The notes under the pieces: model-generated
What the model was told of the DNA's origin: nothing
The model's input: only the letters and a program-made list of their open reading frames with translations
Databases searched by the model: none
Part shown: positions 54,801 through 64,000 of the stretch, one piece after another
Position numbering within the stretch: the first letter of the stretch is position 1
Layout of the letters: each line of letters starts with the position of its first letter
Made by a program: the position numbers and the translations under genes
Assembly: GCA_002269645.1 (NCBI GenBank)
Contig: NIVC01000391.1
Coordinates: forward strand, 248,001-312,000
Direction of reading: 5' to 3'
Length of the DNA: 64,000 nt
Source of the DNA: Macrostomum lignano
Taxonomy: Eukaryota

Positions 54801-57800
54801 CCTGACCTACTACCTGTACAACCACTGCTCCGTGTGGGCCGACCGGCCGGACCTCTGGCCGCGCGCCGTCCGCGTCAACGGCCACGTGCTGCTGAACGGC
54901 GAGAAGATGTCCAAGTCCACCGGCAACTTCCTCACCCTGGAAGACGCCATCGAGAAGTTCAGCGCTGACGGCCTCCGCCTCGCCCTGGCTGACGCTGGCG
55001 ACGGCGTCGAGGACGCGAACTTCGTGGAGAAGATGGCGGACTCCAGCCTGCTGCGCCTGTACCAGTTCGCCGAGTGGGTCAAGGAGATGGCCGCCGCCTG
55101 CGCCGCTGGCCAGCTGCGCTCTGGCGACTGGAACGACTTCAGCGACCCGGCCTTCGCCGCTGAGATCGACGCCATCATCGGGCAGGCGTACGATTTCTAC
55201 GCCAAGATGCTCTACAAGGAGGTGGTCAAGACTGGCGTCTTTGAGCTCATGGCTGCCAGGGACAGGTGAGAACCCACTGCCTGTCTGTCTCGAGTTCAGC
55301 ATCCCCTATCGAAACTTGCAAGTGGAAAGCAATAAGTCGTAAATCTTATCTAACCAGTCCCAAGTCCCTAGTCCCAAATCTCTAATCCCAAATCCCCAGT
55401 CTTAATCCCCAGTCCCAAATCCCTAGTCCCAAATCTCCAGTCCCAAATCCCCAGTCTTAAATCCCCAGTCCCAAATCTCCAGTCCCAAATCTCCAGTCCC
55501 AAATCCCCAGTCCCTAAACCCCAGTCCCAAATCCTTAGTCCCGAATCCCTAGTCCCAAATCCCCAGTCTTAAATCTCCAGTTTTAAATCTCCAGTCCCAA
55601 ATCCCCAGTCCAAAATCCTCAGTCCCAAATCCCCAGTCCCAAATCCTTAGTCCCGAATCCCCAATCCCAAATCTCCAGTCCCAAATCCCCAGTCCCTAAT
55701 CCCGAATCCCCAGTCCCATAATCCCTTCTGGATCCCCATTAAGACTCTGCGGTCCAACACCTTCATCGCGCCGACCCGCAGGTACATGCAGCTGTGCGCA
55801 GACTCCGGCCTGCACTCCGGCCTCATCATTCGCTATATCGAGGTGCAACTGGTGATCATGTCGCCGCTGTGCCCGCACATTAGCGACCACCTGTGGCGCA
55901 ACGTGCTCAACAAGCCCAGCAGCATTCTGCGCGAGCGCTGGCCTGTGCCCAGCTCACCTGAGCTCAACCAGACCCTCCTTGACGAGCTGCGCTACCTGTT
56001 CGACAGCTGCCACGAGTTCCGCCTGCGGGCTGACAAATTCCTTGGCCGGCAGAAAAGCAAGGAGCCGGTGCAGCCGACCCACGGGGCCATCTGGGTGGTC
56101 AAGTCTTTCCCTGCATGGCAGGCCGCAATTCTCGACGTGTTGAAGAAACTGCAGGCCGAAAATGGTGGGCAGCTGCCTGACAATAAGACCATTGCCATGC
56201 GGGTGCAGGTGAGACAGCTGCTTTCTAAGTGGGTAGTGGCTTGCTGGGATCTCCGGACATAAGCAGTTAGTGTCATGGTGTGGGATGTCCGGACATAAGC
56301 AGTTAATGTCGTGGTGTGGAATGTTTGGACATCATGAACAGTTAGCGTCATTGTGTGGGATGTCCGGACATCATAAGCAGTTAATGTCATGGTGTGGGAT
56401 GTCCGGACATCATGAGCAGTTAATGTCATGGTGTGGGATGTCCGGACATCATGAGCAGTTAGTGTCATTGTGTGGGATCTCCCGACATCATGAGCAGTTA
56501 GCGTCATGGTGTGGGATGTCTGGACATCATAAGCAGTTAGTGTCGTGGTGTGGGATGTCCGGACATCATAAGCAGTTAGTGTCGTGGTGTGGGATCCCCG
56601 GACATCATGAGCAGTTAGTGTCGTGGTGTGGGATCTCCGGACATCATGAGCAGTTAGTGTCGTGGTGTCGGATCCCCGGACATCATGAGCAGTTAGTGTC
56701 GTGGTGTGGGATCTCCGGACATCATGAGCAGTTAGTGTCGTGGTGTGGGATCCCCGGACATCATGAGCAGTTAGTGTCATGGTGTGGGATCTCTGGACAT
56801 GTGTTTTATGACGATTTTAAGGCCCATAGTATTCCGCAACTTTCACTGCCTTCCCGCCGCCCATAACAGAGCCTGTCCGAGCTGAAAGGAAAGGCGGCCA
56901 AGAAGGCCATGCCATTCGTTGCCATGGTGAAGGAGCAGCCAGAAAAGTACCTGTCGACTAAAAAGGGGCTCGTCGATGAGTTGCGGCTACTGCGGAGCAA
57001 CGCCGACTATCTGAGGCGAACGCTTAAGCTGGAGGTGAGTCCGGTATATGGGATTTTGTGGTGGCCAAGTCGCTTGCAAACTGATTGGGATAAAAGGGCC
57101 CATTATAAAGTTCAAGCATGAAAATTATTTACTTAAAGAAGTCACGTGACTTCAAATGTGTCAGCAACGATATGATATGACTTTAGTTGTAACTCAGTCA
57201 CGTGACTCCAGTTGTAACTCAATCACGTGACTCTAGTCGTAACTCAGTCACGTAACTCTAGTTGTAACTCAATCACGTGACTCTAGTCGTAACTCAGTCA
57301 CGTGACTCTGGTTGTAACTCAATCAAGTGACTCTAGTCGTAACTCAGTCACGTGACTCTAGTTGTAACTCAATCACGTGACTCTAGTCGTAACTCAGTCA
57401 CGTGACTCTAGTTGTAACTCAATCAAGTGACTCTAGTCGTAACTCAGTCACGTGACTCTAGTTGTAACTCAATCACGTGACTCTAGTCGTAACTCAGTCA
57501 CGTGACTCTAGTTGTAAGTCAATCAAGTGACTCTAGTCGTAACTCAGTCACGTGACTTGATCCGTGGCTGTAGCATATTCATGATTTTTATGCGCTTACA
57601 AATATTCAGAATGAAGAAGTTAATAAAAATCGGGTAACCATCCCGCAGTCGCTGACCATCGACCTGGCCGACAACAGCCCGACTCCGCTGCCCGAGGAGG
57701 GCACCCCGGGCCAGCCGTTGATTTTCTACTCTGCTGAGCCCTCCCTGCCCGTCACCCTGATCAACCCGGTGCCCAGCAACGGCCTGTTCTCCCTGCAGTC

Positions 57801-58095
57801 CGCCATATTTGCTGGGGACTCGGTGGCCATCCTGGAATCCCGGTTGAGACGCGCCACCCGCGGCATCCCGGCTGACGGCTCCCTGAAACTCAGCCGGTTC
57901 GTTGGCGGCGCCGCGGCTGCTCGCTCCGTACCGAAGCCGGTCGCCGACACGGTGTCGGAGTTCGCGGCGCTGCCCGCTGGTGCCGTGTTTCAGCTGGACG
58001 CCGAGCAGAGGACTGTCTTTGTTGTTGATCAAAATGGCGGAGCAAAGCACTGGGCCAGTCAGCTGGCTTACTGGCTGGATGGCAAGGCGGCGTAA
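49984..58095 (+). CDS. LARS1: cytosolic leucyl-tRNA synthetase (~1201 aa)
   Basis: Exons 49984-50337, 51095-51597, 51865-52057, 52134-52349, 52828-53148, 53649-54115, 54753-55265, 55782-56208, 56870-57034, 57649-58095 (3606 nt, frame-consistent). [14 protein letters not shown] (HIGH), [12 protein letters not shown] and [15 protein letters not shown] (CP1 editing), KMSKS, C-terminal [10 protein letters not shown] (UNE-L). Confidence 0.97.
50355..51075 (+). repeat. (CAGT)n microsatellite, LARS1 intron 1
   Basis: Directly visible. Confidence 0.97.
51608..51812 (+). repeat. (GTCT)n microsatellite, LARS1 intron 2
   Basis: Directly visible. Confidence 0.97.
52380..52730 (+). repeat. ~28-bp minisatellite with CTGATTGGCT (reverse CCAAT), LARS1 intron 4
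   Basis: Unit TTCTTGTGGCTCTCTGATTGGCTGCTKA. Confidence 0.93.
53230..53620 (+). repeat. 16-bp minisatellite (GGCAGACAGTGAATGR), LARS1 intron 5
   Basis: Directly visible tandem units. Confidence 0.93.
54125..54722 (+). repeat. 30-bp minisatellite (GCCTGTCTGCATCTGGCAGTCTGAGTGTCT), LARS1 intron 6
   Basis: Directly visible tandem units. Confidence 0.93.
55355..55722 (+). repeat. ~14-15 bp minisatellite (CCCAGTCCCAAATC), LARS1 intron 7
   Basis: Directly visible tandem units. Confidence 0.92.
56235..56800 (+). repeat. 39-bp minisatellite (GACATCATGAGCAGTTAGTGTCGTGGTGTGGGATGTCCG), LARS1 intron 8
   Basis: Directly visible tandem units. Confidence 0.94.
57140..57558 (+). repeat. 24/48-bp minisatellite containing GTCACGTGAC, LARS1 intron 9
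   Basis: Units GTCACGTGACTCTAGTTGTAACTCA and ATCACGTGACTCTAGTCGTAACTCA. Confidence 0.94.
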
Positions 58096-58096
58096 C

Positions 58097-58465
58097 CGGC
58101 TGCTGATTGGCTATGGTTTGGGGTGGCTGATTGGCTATAGATTGGGGCGGCTGCTGATTGGCTATGGTTTGGGGTGGCTGATTGGCTATAGATTGGGGCG
58201 GCTGCTGATTGGCTATGGTTTGGGGTGGCTGATTGGCTATAGATTGAGGCGGCTGCTGATTGGCTATGGTTTGGGGTGGCTGATTGGCTATAGATTAGGG
58301 CGGCTGCTGATTGGCTATGGTTTGGGTGGCTGCTGATTGGCTGTGCTTTGGGGTGACTGCTGATTGGCTGTGGTTTGGGGTGGTTGCTGATTGGCTGTGT
58401 TTGGGGTGGCTGCTGATTGGCTATAGATTAGGGCGGCTGCTGATTGGCTATGGTTTGGGGTGGGT
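58097..58465 (+). repeat. ~52-bp minisatellite with CTGATTGGCT and GGGGCGG, starting at the LARS1 stop codon
   Basis: Unit GGCTGCTGATTGGCTATGGTTTGGGGTGGCTGATTGGCTATAGATTGGGGC. Confidence 0.93.
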
Positions 58466-58796
58466 GTTAAGTTAATATCTTACATAACAAACAATCCTAC
58501 AAATCCCTCTTTAAGATTTGAGGTCCATTAATTTTTTGTGACACTCAAAGTTATATAAGTTGTCCTTTTCGCGCCCAAATACAGTTTAAATTGGATGGCC
58601 GATCGCATTCAGCCATAAGTAAATTGATGACGAGAGCATTTCCGTGCGACAGTTTAAGAGCTAGTGCCTTTGTCTTCATTTGATTTTGACGTACGAAGTA
58701 TTTAATTTTTATTTCTGTATGTAATTCTACTTAGAGGGTGCTCTTAGCCTATGCAGTATTCAATTACAGATGCGAGAGCAAATTTTCGATGCAGCT

Positions 58797-58855
58797 ATGT
58801 CTGTCCGTCCGTCTGTCTGTCTGTCTGTCTGTCTTAGTGTCTCTCTGTCTGTCTC

Positions 58856-58893
<38 letters not shown>

Positions 58894-58967
58894 CGTCTGT
58901 CTGTCTGTCTGTCTGTCTTAGTGTCTGTCTGTCTGTCTGTCTGTCTATCTGTCTGTCTCTCTCTTAG

Positions 58968-59004
<37 letters not shown>

Positions 59005-59021
59005 GTCTGTCTCTCTCTTAG

Positions 59022-59060
<39 letters not shown>

Positions 59061-59097
59061 TAGTGTCTGTCTATCTGTCTGTCTATCTGTCTGTCTA

Positions 59098-59130
<33 letters not shown>

Positions 59131-59255
59131 TAGTATCTGTCTGTCTGTCTGTCTCTCTCTCTTAGTGTCTGTCTGTCTGTCTGTCTGTCTATCTGTCTGT
59201 CTGTCTGTCTGTCTCTCTCTTAGTATCTGTCTGTCTGTCTGTCTCTCTCTTAGTA

Positions 59256-59292
<37 letters not shown>

Positions 59293-59343
59293 TAGTATCT
59301 GTTTGTCTGTCTGTCTGTCTGTCTTAGTGTCTGTCTGTCTGTA

Positions 59344-59412
<69 letters not shown>

Positions 59413-59450
59413 GTCTTAGTGTCTGTCTGTCTGACTGTCTTTATACCTGT
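58797..59450 (+). repeat. (GTCT)n microsatellite with CTCTTAGT interruptions
   Basis: Directly visible; begins GTCTGTCCGTCCGTCTG. Confidence 0.96.
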
Positions 59451-59635
59451 CGATCTGTTTTACTGTATCAGTCTCTGTTCCTCACTTTTGTATTTATCTG
59501 CTAATAAATTTAACCTAAAGAGAACTGACCAGCTAATTGTTTGGTCAAGAATCAGGTCTCAGCTGCTGTGCTGCATCTTTATGCATGCTGCATCGCTGAG
59601 CCAGTATCCAGCAGACGCCCACACACACACAGACC

Positions 59636-59851
59636 ATGCCCACCCACCAGTTCACTATGGAGATGACCTGCGAAGGCTGCGCCAACGCTGCCAAACGAGT
59701 CCTGGCCAAGCTGGCCTCTGAGCGCGGCGTTGAAGTCACCGCCGAGACGGATGTGTCGACGCAGACGGTCACCGTCACCTCCGAGCTGCCCGCCGCCGAC
59801 CTGCTGGCGGCGCTGCAGAAAACCGGCAAAACTATCAGTCAGAAGTCGTAA
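59636..59851 (+). CDS. ATOX1: copper chaperone ATOX1/Atx1 (HMA domain), 71 aa
   Basis: MPTHQFTMEMTCEGCANAAKRVLAKL...LLAALQKTGK: MxCxxC metal site and KTGK motif. Confidence 0.93.
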   Translation: MPTHQFTMEMTCEGCANAAKRVLAKLASERGVEVTAETDVSTQTVTVTSELPAADLLAALQKTGKTISQKS

Positions 59852-61944
59852 ATTTTGTCGACTGAATTTGTGCGGACTGTTGTGGCTACTTACAGTAGTA
59901 TTTACACTCTGTTATCGCTAATCTAATCATATTATTCATGATCGCTTATAAACTCTCATGTCTACTATTTATGAGTATTAAAATTCTGTTGATTCTCTTT
60001 GCTGTCTAAGTTTAAGTCGCTTTTAATTTTATTTTACTTTACCTTTCTGGGAGCTGAGATGAAATTGGGTGCCATTCACAAGCTACGTCTGCGCACCTAC
60101 ATTCCTATATTACCTGTAGCGGGCACTTATCACGGATGGGATTATAGGCTAATTATTAGGCCCACTAAAGGATGCAGGCTCGGTTGGCCTTTCTCTTATG
60201 CTTCTAGAATTATTGATTAAATATATTGTCAATACTTTAATACTGTATCAGACAAAATTGAAAAAATATCAATGAGCATTCATGCCATTACATGCTAAAA
60301 TGAGTCGTGTGCTTTATTGAGCGAATCGAATTGTTTCAATTTCTTATCTTGTCTTCTACTAGTAATTAGCTAATTATAGAAATAATTGCATCATGATTTA
60401 TGGCCTTTTGATAAAACAAGTTGAACAGCGTTTACTAACAAAGAATGCTATATTTAGTCACGCAATACATTCATGCTCCTTATGAAAACTTGTAAAGCCA
60501 GTGAGTTACTTGATGAATGTCTGGAAAATTCACACAATGACATTCTATGTTAAATTGGGAATAGTTTATCTATTTCCAGCAGTTCTTCTATTGGTGTGTC
60601 AGCTTGGAAAGGATCATTTTACAACTTCTACCTGCCAATTAGGGGGATGCAGTCGCTATGACTAAATCGAAATTGCTATTAAGTCTCTCAATATTATTTT
60701 GAAATGGTTTTCATTCTGTTTCAGATAATTTAAATATGCATATGTGGGATTTTTCAACATTATTTGGCATCTTGCAAAGAGCCAGAATTGTTTTAAATGC
60801 GCGTTTATATCATAATTTTAAGTATCGTATATTCCAAGAAATGTTTAGAACCTGTCATCGTCCTTAATTAATTACCACCAAGTACTTACGAGTCAATACT
60901 TAGGGCCTCTCTTATCTAGTTATTTCCAGTGGTTATTTCCACCCTTAACTAACTTGATAGTAAAATAATAATATAAAGAACTTAGAAGTATAAATTATTC
61001 ACCTAAGTATGAAGCTTAAAGTTGTCACCCTTAATTGTTGGTAAGTTCGTTTTTAGATTTATTTATAAAATGCTACAAGCTAACCAGTCTATCAAGTCAA
61101 GATCTGTAGCTTACTGTCAGGCTTGTAAAGAGTATTAGGCTTTTACTATATATTAGTTTCAAAAGGTTAAAAAAATTAATTAAAAGAAATTGCTTAGTCA
61201 AGAAACTAGTATGTAAGCAAATGCCAAAACTTATGCTTGAACTTATAAAGTAAAAACCACATGACCTAGGATCATCTTTTTTACCTTTTTATAATTGTAC
61301 TACAAGTATTTTGGTGAAAGTTTTGTGCTTTTGGGAAATATTTAGTATTAAACTGGCTGTTTGGCACCTAAAATTTCATTTTCAAGTACTGGAAGACCAG
61401 ACTTATCAAAAAGTAACTTCCATTGCCGAAGTCCGGCATTCTAAAAAAGAACCCAAAAAAGTGTCGCTTTAAAAAAAGTAACTTCTGGTATTAAAAGCCA
61501 GAACTTTGCCCAACACTAGTTCATATAGATGGTTGGGTTGTGGGGGTCCACAAAATAGAGTCAGTGATTGATAGCCACATGATTCTGCAAGCCATTATAG
61601 GCCTATTATCTATTAGTCAATATCCTTGTGCCAAGAAAGACATACTACTAGATGATAGACAGTAGCATTTGAATAGTCCTGTTTTGTAAAGCTTGGCTGC
61701 AGGCCTCAAATCAGTCTCAGATACAATTGTAGTTGGTGCTTTAGGCTTCCTAGTCATTTGGCAGTTGTTAAATAGGCTGAAAAGTTTGTGAAAATGTGAC
61801 AAAATAATTTAATGCAATAAAGTAAATGATATAAAGTTACTAAGCCTAGCCTAGGCCTTTTCAATTTAAAGTTTTTTAAAGTTATTCCTAAAAGTAAAAG
61901 TATCAACAAAAGCTTATAAGTAGTATCTAATTTTAGTAATATTA

Positions 61945-62510
61945 CTAGCAATCTAGTGCGGCCCCCCTTCGGGGCGCCCAATAAGAACGAAGCAAAAATA
62001 GTTGATGGAAATCAATGAAAAAGCACATTTTCCTAAAAACTAAGTCCTTCATCACTTTTAAAAATCACCTTATTCATTTAAAATTGTCATGGACAATAAT
62101 ATTTGCTATGAATCTGTTTTTTTCTAAAATTAACAAACAGACAAGAAAATATAGCTTTCACAAAGATCACAGTCATTACCCCTAAACAGAAAGTAGAAAA
62201 TAGAAAATAGAAAATAGCATCCCCCCAGTAGCAAGCACCCTCCTCCAAAAGTAAACAACCGCAGATAGCAAGCATCCCCTAATACTCCTAGCAAGCATCC
62301 ACCCAGATAACAAGCATCTGCAGATAGCAAGCATCCCCCAAATAAAAGCATCCCCCAAATAAAAGCATCCCCCGGATAAAAGCATCCACCCAGATAGCAA
62401 GCATCCCCCAAATAATGTAGAAGCATCCTTCCAGATAGCAAGCATCCTGCACATAGAAAGAATTCCTAAATAGCAAGCATCCCTGGATAGAAATAATCCT
62501 ATACATGTAG
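61945..62510 (-). mobile_element. Helitron-like non-autonomous element (3' end at 61945)
   Basis: Minus strand: GC-rich hairpin GGC-G-CCCC-GAA-GGGG-G-GCC, 11 nt, then CTAG|T. The 5' end is uncertain; AGATAGCAAGCATCC repeats lie inside. Confidence 0.5.
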
Positions 62511-62524
62511 CCAAGCTTATCAAG

Positions 62525-63565
62525 CGCAGTAATCCTTGGCTATCGAGTGAAGTAATCCTTGGTTTTTTAAGACCAATAATCTTTGGCTTATCGAGTGCAG
62601 TAATCCTTGGTTTATTAATAGCAATAATCCTTGGCTTCTCGAGTGCAGTAATCCTTGGTTTTCCAAGTTTAGTAATCCTTGGTTTATTAATAGCAATAAT
62701 CCTTGGCTTATCGAGTGCAGTAATCTTTGGTTTTCTAAGTGCAGTAATCCTTGGTTTATTAATAGCAATAATCATTGGCTTCTCGAGTGCAGTAATCCTT
62801 TGTTTTCCAATTGCAGTAATCCTTGGTTTATAAAGAGCAATAATCCTTGGCTTATCGAGTGAAGTAATCCTTGGTTTATTAATAGCAATAATCCTTGGCT
62901 TCTCGAGTGCAGTAATCCTTGGTTTATTAATAGCAATAATCCTTGGCTTCTCGAGTGCAGTAATCCTTGGTTTATTAATAGCAATAATCCTTGGCTTCTT
63001 GAGTGCAGTAATCCTTGGTTTGCCAAGAGCAATTGTCCTTGGTTTATCGAGTGCAGTAATCCTTGGTTTAATAATAGCAATAATCCTTGGCTTCTCGAGT
63101 GCAGTAATCCTTGGTTTATTAATAGCAATAATCCTTGGCTTCTTGAGTGCAGTAATCCTTGGTTTGCCAAGAGCAATTGTCCTTGGTTTATCGAGTGCAT
63201 TAATCCTTGGTTTATTAATAGCAATAATCCTTGGCTTCTTGAGTGCATTAATCCTTGGTTTGCCAAGAGCAATTGACCTTGGTTTATCGAGTGAATTAAT
63301 CCTTGGTTTATTAATAGCAATAATCCTTGGCTTATCGAGTGCAGTAATCCTTGGTTTATTAATAGCAATAATCCTTGGCTTCTCGAGTGCAGTAATCCTT
63401 TGTTTTCCAATTGCAGTAATCCTTGGTTTATAAAGAGCAATAATCCTTGGCTTATCGAGTGAAGTAATCCTTGGTTTATTAATAGCAATAATCCTTGGCT
63501 TATCGAGTGCAGTAATCCTTGGTTTATTAATAGCAATAATCCTTGGCTTATCGAGTGCAGTAATC
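62525..63565 (+). repeat. ~45-bp minisatellite (AGTGCAGTAATCCTTGGTTTATTAATAGCAATAATCCTTGGCTTCTCG-like, two related halves)
   Basis: Directly visible tandem units. Confidence 0.95.
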
Positions 63566-63630
63566 TAAGTGCTTTTATTTAGTCCTTTAATAAAACTTTT
63601 AATAAAAAATTTACACTACTACTTTTAAAC

Positions 63631-63695
63631 TACTTAGATTCGAACCTAGGTCGCTGCATTAGCAGTCTGGTCTGTTCAGCTCTAGGCTAGCTCTC
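63631..63695 (-). mobile_element. degenerate tRNA-derived SINE head
   Basis: Minus strand TAGCCTAGAGC (A-box-like) ... GGTTCGAATC (B box); no convincing cloverleaf. Confidence 0.35.
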
Positions 63696-64000
63696 ATCGA
63701 AGTTATCAGTGATGTTGTACCACTTATATAATTCAACACTCACACCAAGTCAGGTAGAGTAAAAAGTCACACGAAGCAGTTATGACATAATCAATTTCTT
63801 AGGCAAGTCAGTACCAGTGTCTATGAAAGTTAACAATATGGTTACGTAATATAAATTCAGTACTGCGCTATGCTTTCACACTCAAAGCTGTGACGCAATT
63901 CAATTGAGTGTCAAATTCAGCCAGTACACAGACGATAAATAAAGAGTATTGTGATGCAATCCATTTTAGAATTTAGAATTCAACCAGTCAGTTTTTCTGC

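Noticed and set aside
62182-63536. Leu/Ile-rich ORFs
   Set aside because: Translations of the ~45-bp array.

Overview
Eukaryotic (animal) genomic DNA with GC-rich exons and introns/intergenic DNA packed with tandem repeats. The style, plus a 21/22 match to the flatworm spliced leader as I recall it, suggests a Macrostomum-like flatworm (inference). Genes assembled by eye from splice sites and frame continuity: a 5'-truncated TALE homeobox gene (<1-929,+); a truncated piggyBac transposase (14228-15347,+); a 3-exon DOK-type PH+PTB adaptor (23390-19158,-); and five co-oriented housekeeping genes on +: SRP54 (27218-33340), TMEM128 (36312-37025), puromycin-sensitive aminopeptidase (39711-46891, one frameshift), cytosolic leucyl-tRNA synthetase (49984-58095) and ATOX1 (59636-59851). 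Main points of interest: (1) a ~12.6 kb fold-back structure (1.6-14.2 kb) with modular arms, near-identical inside and diverged outside, tied to piggyBac sequences; (2) the five-gene cluster looks like a trans-spliced operon, with an AG acceptor before every ATG and two different minisatellites per gap; (3) different minisatellites share a few short cores (GGGGCGGATA, CTGATTGGCT, TCACGTGA); (4) an SRP54 whose M domain has lost most methionines; (5) an orphan 5' half of the spliced leader. Repeat boundaries are approximate, reference sequences are quoted from memory, and no search was run.
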